Shown: positions 50,695 through 64,000 of the stretch, in pieces
Numbering within the stretch: position 1 is the stretch's first letter
Layout: each line of letters begins with the position of its first letter
Assembly: GCA_002269645.1 (NCBI GenBank)
Contig: NIVC01002244.1
Location: 1-64,000 of the forward strand
DNA: 64,000 nucleotides
Direction of reading: 5' to 3'
Source of the DNA: Macrostomum lignano
Taxonomy: Eukaryota
Position numbers and translations under genes: made by a program
The notes under the pieces: generated by a model
Database searches by the model: none
What the model was told of the DNA's origin: nothing
Seen by the model: the letters and a program-made list of their open reading frames with translations, nothing else

Positions 50695-53600
50695 ATGCTC
50701 AATCTACCTGTTCAATACTCAATCTACCTGTTCGATACTCAATCTACCTGTTCGACACTCAGTCTACCTGTTCGACACTCAATCTACCTGTTCGACACTC
50801 AATCTACCTGTTCGATACTCAATCTACCTGTTCGATACTCAATCTACCTGTTCGATACTCAATTTACCTGTTTCGATACTCAATTTACCTGTTTCGATAC
50901 TCAATCCACCTGTTCGATACTCAATCTACCTGTTTGATACTCAATCCACCTGTTTGATACTCAATCTACTTGTTTGATACTCAATCTACCTGTTTGATAC
51001 TCAATCTACCTGTTCGATACTCAATCTACCTGTTCGATACTCAATCTACCTGTTCGATACTCAATCTACCTGTTTGATACTCAATCTACCTGTTCGATAC
51101 TCAATCTACCTGTTCGATACTCAATCTACCTGTTCGATACTCAATTTACCTGTTTGATACTCAATCTACCTGTTCGATACTCAATCTACCCGTTCGATAC
51201 TCAATCTACCTGTTTGATACTCAATCCACCTGTTTGATACCCAATCTACCTGTTTGATACTCAATCTACTTGTTTGATACTCAATCTACTTGTTCGATAC
51301 TCAATCCACCTGTTTGATACTCAATCTACCTGTTTGATACTCAATCCACCTGTTTGATACTCAATCTACTTGTTTGATACTCAATCTATACCTGTTTGAT
51401 ACTCAATCCACCTGTTTGATACCCAATCTACCTGTTTGATACTCAATCTACTTGTTTGATACTCAATCTACTTGTTCGATACTCAATCTACTTGTTTGAT
51501 ACTCAATCTACCTGTTTGATACTCAATCCACCTGTTTGATACTCAATCCACCTGTTTGATACTCAATCTATACCTGTTTGATACTCAATCTATACCTGTT
51601 TGATACTCAATCCACCTGTTTGATACTCAATCTACCTGTTCGATACTCAATCTACCTGTTTGATACTCAATCCACCTGTTTGATACCCAATCTACCTGTT
51701 TGATACTCAATCTACTTGTTTGATACTCAATCTACTTGTTCGATACTCAATCCACCTGTTTGATACTCAATCCACCTGTTTGATACTCAATCCACCTGTT
51801 TGATACTCAATCTACCTGTTTGATACTCAATCTACCTGTTTGATGCTCAATCCACCTGTTTGATGCTCAATCTACCTGTTTGATACTCAATCTACCTGTT
51901 TGATACTCAATCTACCTGTTTGATGCTCAATCTACCTGTTTGATACTCAATCCACCTGTTTGATACTCAATCTACCTGTTCGATACTCAATTTACCTGTT
52001 TCGATACTCAATCCACCTGTTCGATACTCAATCTACCTGTTTGATACTCAATCCACCTGTTTGATACTCAATCTACTTGTTTGATACTCAATCTACCTGT
52101 TTGATACTCAATCTACCTGTTCGATACTCAATCCACCTGTTCGATACTCAATCTACCTGTTCGACACTCAGTCTACCTGTTCGACACTCAATCTACCTGT
52201 TCGACACTCAATCTACCTGTTCGATACTCAATCTACCTGTTCGATACTCAATCTACCTGTTCGATACTCAATTTACCTGTTTCGATACTCAATTTACCTG
52301 TTTCGATACTCAATCCACCTGTTCGATACTCAATCTACCTGTTTGATACTCAATCCACCTGTTTGATACTCAATCTACTTGTTTGATACTCAATCTACCT
52401 GTTTGATACTCAATCTACCTGTTCGATACTCAATCTACCTGTTCGATACTCAATCTACCTGTTCGATACTCAATCTACCTGTTTGATACTCAATCTACCT
52501 GTTCGATACTCAATCTACCTGTTCGATACTCAATCTACCTGTTCGATACTCAATTTACCTGTTTGATACTCAATCTACCTGTTCGATACTCAATCTACCC
52601 GTTCGATACTCAATCTACCTGTTTGATACTCAATCCACCTGTTTGATACCCAATCTACCTGTTTGATACTCAATCTACTTGTTTGATACTCAATCTACTT
52701 GTTCGATACTCAATCCACCTGTTTGATACTCAATCTACCTGTTTGATACTCAATCCACCTGTTTGATACTCAATCTATACCTGTTTGATACTCAATCTAT
52801 ACCTGTTTGATACTCAATCCACCTGCTTGATACTCAATCTACTTGTTCGATACTCAATCTACCTGTTTGATACTCAATCTACCTGTTCGATACTCAATCT
52901 ACCTGTTCGATACTCAATCTACCTGTTCGATACTCAATCTACCTGTTCGATACTCAATCTACCTGTTCGATACTCAATTTACCTGTTTCGATACTCAATC
53001 CACCTGTTCGATACTCAATCTACCTGTTTGATACTCAATCCACCTGTTTGATACTCAATCTACTTGTTTGATACTCAATCTACCTGTTTGATACTCAATC
53101 TACCTGTTCGATACTCAATCCACCTGTTCGATACTCAATCTACCTGTTCGATACTCAATCTACCTGTTTGATACTCAATCCACCTGTTTGATACTCAATC
53201 CACCTGTTTGATACTCAATCTACCTGTTTGATACTCAATCTACCTGTTTGATGCTCAATCCACCTGTTTGATGCTCAATCTACCTGTTTGATACTCAATC
53301 TACCTGTTTGATACTCAATCTACCTGTTTGATGCTCAATCTACCTGTTTGATACTCAATCCACCTGTTTGATACTCAATCTACCTGTTCGATACTCAATT
53401 TACCTGTTTCGATACTCAATCCACCTGTTCGATACTCAATCTACCTGTTTGATACTCAATCCACCTGTTTGATACTCAATCTACTTGTTTGATACTCAAT
53501 CTACCTGTTTGATACTCAATCTACCTGTTCGATACTCAATCCACCTGTTCGATACTCAATCTACCTGTTCGATACTCAATCTACCTGTTTGATACTCAAT

Positions 53601-54310
53601 CCACCTGTTTGATACTCAATCCACCTGTTTGATACTCAATCTACCTGTTTGATACTCAATCTACCTGTTTGATGCTCAATCCACCTGTTTGATGCTCAAT
53701 CTACCTGTTTGATACTCAATCTACCTGTTTGATACTCAATCTACCTGTTTGATACTCAATCTACTTGTTTGATACTCAATCTATACCTGTTTGATACTCA
53801 ATCCACCTGTTTGATACCCAATCTACCTGTTTGATACTCAATCTACTTGTTTGATACTCAATCTACTTGTTCGATACTCAATCTACTTGTTTGATACTCA
53901 ATCTACCTGTTTGATACTCAATCCACCTGTTTGATACTCAATCCACCTGTTTGATACTCAATCTATACCTGTTTGATACTCAATCTATACCTGTTTGATA
54001 CTCAATCCACCTGTTTGATACTCAATCTACCTGTTCGATACTCAATCTACCTGTTTGATACTCAATCCACCTGTTTGATACCCAATCTACCTGTTTGATA
54101 CTCAATCTACTTGTTTGATACTCAATCTACTTGTTCGATACTCAATCCACCTGTTTGATACTCAATCCACCTGTTTGATACTCAATCCACCTGTTTGATA
54201 CTCAATCTATACCTGTTTGATACTCAATCTATACCTGTTTGATACTCAATCCACCTGCTTGATACTCAATCTACTTGTTCGATACTCAATCTACTTGTTC
54301 GATACTCAAT
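50695..54310. repeat. 20 bp minisatellite (GATACTCAATCTACCTGTTT), ~180 copies with a ~1.4 kb higher-order duplication
   Basis: Fills intron 3 of the CRAL-TRIO gene. The rare variant AGTCTACCTG occurs at 50761 and 52170. Confidence 0.97.
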
Positions 54311-54363
54311 TCACCTCGAGAACAAACTCCCACAGCGCCAACCCGGATGCCCTGAGCACTCAC

Positions 54364-54650
54364 CTGCTCATGTTAAGCACTAATGCGTAGCTCATTCTAG
54401 CGGGGAAGTAGCGCAGGATTTCGCCAAACTGCGACACGGTGTCCGTGCGCACGTGATTCATGCCGAGACCCGTGGCGTCGAACACCAATACCAGAGAGTG
54501 CTGGCTCTCAGGAATGGTCTTTTCAGCCTCTTTGACAATGAGAATCATGTGCAGCAGGTAGTCCCGTACCTGCTCGGGCTGGGTGCCGGTCTCAAAGTCC
54601 TGATTAAGGCAGGTGTACAGCACTGGCTTACCGCAGCGGTCGAAGCCCAC
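54364..54650 (-). CDS. CRAL-TRIO/Sec14-type protein, exon 3 (core lipid-binding domain)
   Basis: Acceptor CTTCAG at 54651-54652 and donor AG|GTGAGT at 54363. It encodes VGFDRCGKPVLY...LVLVFDATGLGMNH...ILRYFPARMSYALVLN, which carries the D..G.PV, vfD..G and yP.r hallmarks. Confidence 0.9.
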
Positions 54651-54739
54651 CTGAAGTTCAGATGCCATGAGGGGAGTTGGATGCGATTGGACAAATGGGA
54701 TCAAATTGTTAAAAACTAGTTTCGACTAGATGTCGAGTC

Positions 54740-55780
54740 ACAAACTGGATGGCATCATAAACTTAATAAGATCATAAACTCGACAGGATCACAAACTGGA
54801 TGGGATCATAAACTGGATGGGATCATAAACTGGATGGGATCATAAATTCGATGGGATCATAAACTTAATGAGATCATAAACTTGACGGGATCACAAAATG
54901 GATGGGATCATAAATTAAATGGTCATAAACTGGATATGATCATAAACTGGATGGGATCATAAACTGGATGGGATCATAAACCGGATATGATCATAAACTG
55001 GATGGAATCATAAACTGGATATGATCATAAACTGGATGGGATCATAAACTGGATGGGATCATAAACCGGATATGATCATAAACTGGATGGAATCATAAAC
55101 TGGATATGATCATAAACTGGATGGGATCATAAACTGGATGGGATCATAAACTGGATGGGATCATAAACTGGATAGGATCATAAACTGGATGGGATCATAA
55201 ACTGGATGGGATCATAAACTGGATGGGATCATAAACTGGATATGATCATAAACTGGATATGATCATAAACTGGATGGGATCATAAACTGGATGGGATCAT
55301 AAACTGGGTATGATCTTAAACTGGATGGGATCATAAACCGGATATGGTCATAAAATGGATGGGATCATAAACTGGGTATGATCTTAAACTGGATGGGATC
55401 ATAAACCGGATATGGTCATAAAATGGATGGGATCATAAACTGGATGGGATCATAAACTGGATGGGATCATAAACTGGATGGGATCATAAACTGGATGGGA
55501 TCATAAACTGGATGGGATCATAAACTGGATGGGATCATAAACTGGATGGGATCATAAACTGGATGGGATCATAAACTGGATGGGATCATAAACTGGGTAT
55601 GATCTTAAACTGGATGGGATCATAAACCAGATATGGTCATAAAATGGATGGGATCATAAACTGGATGGGATCATAAACTGGATGGGATCATAAACTGGAT
55701 GGGATCATAAACTGGATGGGATCATAAACTGGATGGGATCATAAACTGGATGGGATCATAAACCGAATGGGATCTTAAAG
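54740..55780. repeat. 17 bp minisatellite (ATCATAAACTGGATGGG)
   Basis: Fills intron 2 of the CRAL-TRIO gene. Confidence 0.95.
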
Positions 55781-55852
55781 CAGCGAAATCATGTAAAAAA
55801 ACAATAAGGTTTACAAGCCAGTGCACTAGCTAAGTCATAAATCATAGCTCAC

Positions 55853-56038
55853 CTGACGGAAGCTGTGAAATCCAGGCCGTTGAGTGCACACCTTGCAGGA
55901 CACGCTGGTATCCAAGGTGTACTTCTGGTGCACAGTCCGGGCCACCGTCAGGCGCTCCGAGGCGCGCACGAAGTCACAGTTGCACCTGGCGAGCAGCCGG
56001 CTCAGGAAGTCGTCTCCAAGAAAGATTTTGCTTTCAGT
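55853..56038 (-). CDS. CRAL-TRIO/Sec14-type protein, exon 2 (CRAL_TRIO_N-like)
   Basis: Acceptor CTTGCAG at 56039-56040 and donor CAG|GTGAGC at 55852, phase 0-0. It encodes DDFLSRLLARCNCDFVRASERL...CKVCTQRPGFHSFRQ. Confidence 0.88.
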
Positions 56039-56069
56039 CTGCAAGTTTTAATTGAGGGGCTTAAACCTG

Positions 56070-56940
56070 GCTAACAGGTGAGGCTGGTGTCTAACAGGTA
56101 AAACTGATGTCTAACAGGTAAAACTGGTGTCTAACAGGTGCAACTGGTGTCTAACAGGTGAAACTGGTGTCTAACAGGTGAAACTGGTGTCTAACAGGTG
56201 AAACTGGTGTCTAACAGGTGAAACTGGTGTCTAACAGGTGAAACTGATGTCTAACAGGTGAATTCGGTGTTTAACATGTGAAACTGGTGTCTAGCAGGTT
56301 TTGCTGGTGTCTAACACGTGTTGCTGGTGTCTAACAGTTGTTTCTGGTGTTTAACAGGTGTTTCTGGTGTCTAACAGGTGTTGCTGGTGTCTAACAGGTG
56401 TTTCTGGTGTCTAACAGGTTGAATCCTTATCTAACAGGTTGAATATCCTTGTCTAACAGGTTGAATCCTTATCTAACAGGCTGAATCCTTATCTAACAGG
56501 TTGAATATCCTTGTCTAACAGGTTGAATCCTTATCTAACAGGTTGAATCCTTATCTAACAGGTTGAATTCTTATCTAACAGGTTGAATCCTTATCTAACA
56601 GGTTGAATCCTTATCTAACAGGTTGAATATCCTTGTCTAACAGGTTGAATCCTTATCTAACAGGCTGAATCCTTATCTAACAGGTTGAATATCCTTGTCT
56701 AACAGGTTGAATCCTTATCTAACAGGTTGAATCCTTATCTAACAGGTTAAGTCTTTATCTAACAGGTTGAGTCCTTATCTAACAGGTTGAATCCTTATCT
56801 AACAGGTTGAATCCTTATTTAACAGGTTGAATATCCTTATCTAACAGGTTGAATATCCTTATCTAACAGGTTGAATATCCTTATCTAACAGGTTGAATAT
56901 CCTTATCTAACAGGTTGAATATCCTTATCTAATCCTTATC
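56070..56940. repeat. Two related 20 bp minisatellites sharing CTAACAGGT
   Basis: CTAACAGGTGAAACTGGTGT grades into CTAACAGGTTGAATCCTTAT; fills intron 1. Confidence 0.95.
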
Positions 56941-56970
56941 TAACACCACCAGGTCGCTGAGCGCAGTTAC

Positions 56971-57321
56971 CTGACTCATGCCATGCAGCACAGAATTCTC
57001 ACTCAGCTCACTGCCGTTCTGTTTTTTGCTCTTCTGCTGCTCCTGCTGCGCAGCCAGCGCCTGCTTCAGGTGCTCCTTGAAGGAGGCGAGCAGCTCCGAG
57101 GCCTTGAGAAAGTTCCTGTCGCAGCAGGGGCAGCAGGTGCGCTGCATCACCGGCTCCGAGGTCTCCAGCATTCGGCGACGAAATTTCGCCGACACCGAGG
57201 CCGGAGAAGTGGCTGTTGCGGAGTCCTCGCTGACCGCGGCGGAGTCCTCGCTGGACGACTGCGAGGTGCTGCTGACGCCGCCGAGACTCTCGGGCGGAAT
57301 TGGAGTTGAAGTCGATGGCAT
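56971..57321 (-). CDS. CRAL-TRIO/Sec14-type protein, exon 1
   Basis: ATG at 57321 and donor CAG|GTAACT at 56970 (phase 0). The Ser-rich N-terminus is followed by RTCCPCCDR. The four exons total 1122 nt, or 373 aa plus stop. Confidence 0.8.
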
Positions 57322-57589
57322 GGCACTGCACTGAGCTGTGTGTGTGTGTGAGTGCTTTTAACCCGCCCGTAAACAGCTGCCTAAGACTGAGCTTAGGCTG
57401 TGCTCAAATAAAGCGATTGAGCTGGTTGAAATTTGTCTATCGATTAGTCTATGGCAATTGGGCAGGGAATATAGTACGTGCAAATTGAAGCACTTTGATA
57501 ACATTTGCACCTTGTATAGATGCACGTTACAGCTCTACTGATATAGGATATAATGAGTAGGATGTAGGATCAAATGACTACGGATCTCT

Positions 57590-58085
57590 ATAGTCAGCTG
57601 ATCAGTGACCCCAACAGGATCTCTAGTCCAGCTGATCAGTGACCCCAACAGGATCTCTAGTCACCTGATCAGTGACCCCGCAGTATCTTTAGTCAGCTGA
57701 TCATGATCAGTGACCCAACAGTGTCTTTAGTCAGCTGATCAGTGACCCCAACAGGATCTCTAGACAGCTGATCAGTGACCCCATCTCTATACAGCTGATC
57801 AGTGACCCCAACAGGATCTCTAGACGGCTGATCATGACCCCATCTCTAGACAGCTGATCAGTGACCCCATCTCTAGACAGCTGATCAGTGACCCCAACAG
57901 GATCTCTAGACAGCTCTAGACAGACCCCATCTCTAGACAGCTGATCAGTGACCCCAACAGGATCTCTAGACAGCTGATCAGTGACCCCAACAGGATCTCT
58001 AGTCAGCTGATCAGTGACCCCATCTCTAGACAGCTGATCAGTGACCCCAACAGGATCTCTAGACAGCTGATCAGTGACCCAGCAG
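57590..58085. repeat. ~33 bp minisatellite with ~23 bp deletion variants (CAGCTGATCAGTGACCCCAACAGGATCTCTAGA)
   Basis: Direct reading of the sequence. Confidence 0.9.
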
Positions 58086-58519
58086 TACATGTAGAAGCGT
58101 ATATGTAAAGCTGTGTATAACTATTGGCACTCTTAAAAAGTACAAAAGACATGCAGTCGTTCTAAAAGTGCAAACCCGAAGACTATAGCTGGTATAACTG
58201 GGGCTTAGAAAGCCCAGTACTCATAAATCAGTTCCTTTCAAGCGATTTTGATTGGCAGCCAAAGAAAAAACTCGAATACTCGTAAAGTTTAAGGGCTATT
58301 TGTAGTCTACCTAATAAGATTTCTGACCGCCTTAACATTTGTCCCACGCTCAAACAGGGTGTACATTGAGGAAAACTACCTAATGATTTTGAAACTGGCT
58401 AAAGATGAATTATTTCTTTATAAAAATTACACTTTACAATGTATACATGTAGGCCTGAAAACTTCTACCAGCGAAGCATATCTAATTCCACCTTCGGGTC
58501 CTTAATTGAAACTTCACGA

Positions 58520-60200
58520 ATCACTCCTCTCTTGTCTTTCCTCGCCTCTACTCTCTCGTCTCTCCTCACATCTACTCTCTTGTCTTTCATCCCATCTACT
58601 CTCTTGTCTTTCATCCCATCTACTCTCTTGTCTCTCCTCACATCTACTCTCTTGTCTCTCCTCACATCTACTCTTGTCTTTCCTCACATCTACTCTGTGT
58701 CTCTCCTCACATCTACTCTCTTGTCTCTCCTCACATCTACTCTTGTCTTTCCTCACATCTACTCTTGTCTTTCCTCACATCTACTCTGTGTCTCTCCTCA
58801 CATCTACTCTCCTGTCTCTCCTCACATCTACTCTGTGTCTCTCCTCACATCTACTCTCTTGTCTCTCCTCCCCTCTACTCTCTTGTCTCTCCTCACATCT
58901 ACTCTCTTGTCTCTCCTCACATTTACTCTCTTGTCTCTCCTCACATCTACTCTCTTGTCTCTCCTCACATCTACTCTCTTGTCTCTCCTCACATCTACTC
59001 TCCTGTCTCTCCTCACATCTACTCTCTTGTCTCTCCTCACATATACTCTCCTGTCTCTCCTCACATCTACTCTCTTGTCTCTCCTCACATCTACTCTCTT
59101 GTCTCTCCTCACATCTATTCTCTTGTCTCTCCTCCCCTCTACTCTCTTGTCTCTCCTCACCTCTACTCTCTTGTCTCGCCTCACCTCTACTCTCTTGTCT
59201 CTCCTCACATCTACTCTCTTGTCTCTCCTCCCCTCTACTCTCTTGTCTCTCCTCACATCTACTCTCTTGTCTCTCCTCACATCTACTCTCGTGTCTCTCC
59301 TCACATCTACTCTCTTGTCTCTCCTCCCCTCTACTCTCTTGTCTCTCCTCCCCTCTACTCTCTTGTCTCGCCTCACATCTACTCTCCTGTCTCTCCTCAC
59401 ATCTACTCTCCTGTCTCTCCTCACATCTACTCTCTTGTCTCTCCTCACATCTACTCTCTTGTCCCTCCTCACATCTACTCTCTTGTCTCTCCTCCCCTCT
59501 ACTCTCTTGTCTTTCCTCACATCTACTCTCTTGTCTTTCCTCACATCTACTCTGTGTCTCTCCTCACATCTACTCTCCTGTCTCTCCTCACATCTACTCT
59601 GTGTCTCTCCTCACATCTACTCTCCTGTCTCTCCTCACATCTACTCTGTGTCTCTCCTCACATCTACTCTCCTGTCTCTCCTCACATCTACTCTCTTGTC
59701 TCTCCTCACATCTACTCTCTTGTCTCTCCTCCCCTCTACTCTCTTGTCTCTCCTCACCTCTACTCTCTTGTCTCGCCTCACCTCTACTCTCTTGTCTCTC
59801 CTCACATCTACTCTCTTGTCTCTCCTCACATCTACTCTCTTGTCTCTCCTCACATCTACTCTCTTGTCTCTCCTCACATCTACTCTCTTGTCTCTCCTCA
59901 CATCTACTCTCTTGTCTCTCCTCACATCTACTCTCTTGTCTCTCCTCACATCTACTCTCTTGTCTCTCCTCCCCTCTACTCTCTTGTCTCTCCTCACCTC
60001 TACTCTCTTGTCCCTCATCTCTACTCTCTTGTCTCTCCTCACCTCTACTCTCTTGTCTCTCCTTCTCTCTACTCTCTTGTCTCTCCTTCTCTCTACTCTC
60101 TTGTCTCTCCTTCTCTCTACTCTCTTGTCTCTCCTGCTCTCTACTCTCTTGTCTCTCCTTCTCTCTACTCTCTTGTCTCTCCTCTCTACTCTATTGTTTC
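58520..60200. repeat. 24 bp CT-rich minisatellite (CTCTCCTCACATCTACTCTCTTGT)
   Basis: About 70 copies. Confidence 0.96.
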
Positions 60201-60535
60201 TCCACTTAACCTTTATGTCTCATCTCAGCTACCTACTATCTAATCTCCTCTCATTTTTCTCTGATCTCAATTCTCTCTCTTCTCTCCCCTATTCTGGTCC
60301 GCAGTCTTGCCTCAGCACTAGAGAAAGATAAGAAAAAGTAAAAAAAACGGTTACTGAAGACTGTTAAACTACTATCGTTTTTTCTCTTCAAATCCACACA
60401 AGTGATTTCAGCGCATTCGAAATCAATAAGCCAACGCCTAACTAGATGTATTTAGCTCTACAACAGCCCGCATCGCAAGCACTCTGACACAAGTCTGTCA
60501 ATCAAGGCGTCTCTTATTGGCAGCAAACAGAATAT

Positions 60536-61054
<519 letters not shown>

Positions 61055-62982
61055 CTACTTTTAGTAATACTGCGACATTGACCCTAACAATCGATAATAT
61101 AACAGATAATTTTACTGCAATGCATATAAAAAAATACTAAGCTTAACAAAAAGATCCAATGATTTTTATTCTATTGACTAGTTTGCAACATATCTATCTA
61201 CCTTGGTCACTCAGCTCATCCAGCTGGGTGTTGCACACAATATGCAGTTATTATACAAGTTGTCTTTTACTTAATGAATTTTTTATAAATTGCAATATAT
61301 ATAATAAAATGAAAACTAATGCACTTTACAAACAAATCACAAAATTGTACTTAAAAATGATTTAAATGTGAAACTATGTTACAGAAACATAGTTCCCTTG
61401 TTCTTTTTAAAGGAACCAAGGAAATATATCATTCCTAGGCCTATCACATAGCATATTTGTCAAAAGTTAAAAACAAGAACTAGGTAGGTCCTATAGGACA
61501 ACAAAGATATAAAAAGCACCAGTAGTCCTTAGCCTAGGATATAGATAAATAAATATAAAGCCATTTCCATAAATGGACACAAAGTACAAAAAAAAAAAAA
61601 TTAAATTTCAACTGATAGAGCAATTAAAAAATTGAGTAATACAAACTTTTGCCTAACTATTATTACTCATTACTTTTATCATTTGCTTTGAAAATTGAAC
61701 AAAAGAACAATTATAAAGATATTTTTTATTTAATACATTAGAAATATATAGAAGAAAATTAAAATTGCTCAAAATAATGATTCAAATATTTCTAGCATAT
61801 ATGTATACCTAGACCCTATAGCTAAAACACTTTCTCACACTAATGCTAATAAGTCTACTAAAGACTGGACTAGGCTAGCAAAAAAAACAATATAATATTC
61901 AAGCTTTAATATTCAAAATATTTAAGCTTTAAGAAAATACTATTTAAAAGACTATTTTGAAATTTGGGTCAAGCTTTGGGCTTGGATTATAAAAGACAAG
62001 GCTTGGCTCTAATATTAGCTATCTTTATTTCTAACCATTTTGTCTGCTAAGCAAACAAAAAGTTTTCTTATTCTAAAACTGTTTGTCGATTGAGAAATGA
62101 GGGTATGGGGATGAAACAGGATAAAGAGCTACCCAAAAATCTAATTTGATCAATAATATTGTTTAAATGCTAGGTATATTGATTTTTTCAAGCTATGATA
62201 TGCTATTAGGACTTCTATGGTAAAGGGAGAAAGAAGAAAAACATGATATGTGACAGCTCTAGATTTCAAGGCTTCGTCATAAGCTACAATTATAAATATT
62301 ATTTTATTTATATGATCCTTAGCTAAAAATTGTAATGCATGATTAGAACTTTATTGGATTGAAAATTAAAGTTAGTTTTGTTTTACTTGTGATAGATATC
62401 TAATTAGTAAATAAGCTGTCAGCAGATGAATAAACAAGAAACTGATTGAAAAAATATATTTAGACTTATTCTGAATTAGAGGATATTTATTTGTTTTAAT
62501 TTTATTTTTATTCAATTAAATTACTAGTTAACTCTATATACAATAATAGGCTATATTTATTTATTTATATTATTATACTAGTCTATATATATACAAATCT
62601 TATTTACAAATTCATTTTTTATTTTTACAGTTTAGTAGGGCATAGGCCTATTTATTTTTAATATATAGGGTACATTGAAATTCATAAAGTTTATATGTTG
62701 AACAATTGTTGCAATAGATTAAAAACCAGCTGGCATTCCTTTGGCTTACAATCATTAAAAATTGGGACAATCCCTTTTAGAAAGATATAAGAAAATAAAC
62801 ATGTGTCATTTTAATCATATATCAAACCAGCAATCCAAAGTCATTACAGTCTTCTTTATTTTTCAGTTATCAAAGGATCCAATACCAAAAACATGTAGAA
62901 TTAAATTATATAGACAATAAGATGTTTATACTATGCAAATGTTCATTGAAGAGGATCCTATATATCCACTTGTTTTATGATC

Positions 62983-63376
62983 ATTAAATGGGAGAAATAC
63001 ATGTAAATGATTGTGAATCAAAGCTAAGGGGGTTGATATAAGTAACCAAAATTGATCCCTATTTAAATATATACTACTTTTAGTTCACAATCATTTATAT
63101 TTATTTCTTTTATTTAAATGATTATAAACTGAAGCTAAAAAGAGGGGGGGGGTAATAAGGATATGTTATATATTAATTCAATTGTCTTCTCTCTACAAAA
63201 CTTTGCAGATGATTATGAAATTGAGTCTAAAGTGCTATATAGTGCATGGTCAAACTATTGTTGCACTATATATAAAAATGGTATAAAAGTCAATAAGATA
63301 ACATCATGATATAACAAACATCTAAACCTTCTTAGCTTTGGTTTACAATCATTTACATGTTTTTCTCCCATTTAAT
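62983..63376. mobile_element. MITE-like element with 52 bp terminal inverted repeats
   Basis: 62983-63034 matches the reverse complement of 63325-63376 at 47 of 52 positions. The AT-rich interior has no coding capacity. Confidence 0.6.
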
Positions 63377-64000
63377 AATAGGCTCATTCCATATAAGCAT
63401 GGTCGTAACATGACAGGCTATTTTTACTTATAAAATGAAATATAATAATAGAATATACTAAACCAATATTTTAAATGAAAGATAATTTTGTCAAAAATAT
63501 TTTTATAGAGTTTCATGTAGATATCATCATTAGTATAGATGCTATTAAACCTTGAATGGCACTTATGGTCGTAACAACAGGATTTTTGACATATAGAAAC
63601 TAAAAGGTAAAAGTCTTATAACATTTTTATTTTTGATATTTTGCAATACATTTTTTAAAATTTGACTAAGAACATCTTTAGAAATCATACTCTTTTTGTA
63701 GAGTATATAAACTCAAAAAGGCAACAAAGATACAAAAGAAAAGGCAGCCTTATGGTCGTAACATTATGGTTGTAACATATTTTTTTCTGTCAATTCAGTA
63801 ACTTTGAGGTACCAATATATTAAAAATATAATAGATTATTTGGTCACCAATACTTTTATCTGATGATGCAAGTACTATACTTTTATCTATAGTTTGTTTC
63901 AACCTTCCAAAGCTTTCTATTTGTTTTTAAAAGGTACACAAACTTAATGATGTCTTTTGCTTAGAAGAATGTTTAATTTTTTACAAAAATGACTTTTTGC

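Noticed and set aside
58439-60331. 630, 567 and 492 aa ORFs
   Set aside because: A 24 bp CT-rich array with all frames open; intergenic.

Overview
Eukaryotic (animal) genomic DNA, with GC-rich exons separated by introns that each hold a different tandem repeat. The style resembles the flatworm Macrostomum lignano, but that is an inference and was not tested. The left 38 kb holds a minus-strand multi-PDZ scaffold gene (MPDZ/PATJ family). Its exons for PDZ2-PDZ5 join with GT-AG sites and matching phases; no L27 or PDZ1 exon was found in the window. An antisense, intronless gene with ~19 ankyrin repeats is nested in one of its introns. Further right are a tRNA-Ser(AGA), a plus-strand two-transmembrane orphan gene, a four-exon CRAL-TRIO/Sec14-type gene, ubiquitin-RPS27a and an AT-rich terminal block with a MITE-like inverted repeat. 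Several exons carry apparent single-base indels, probably assembly errors. No CRISPR array or intact transposase/RT is present, and most long ORFs in the track are repeat artefacts. I found no clearly new biological system. The best leads are two perfect RFX X-boxes next to candidate first exons, the nested ankyrin gene, a dense AP-1 repeat, splice-site-like minisatellites and a gene-like fragment between inverted repeats.
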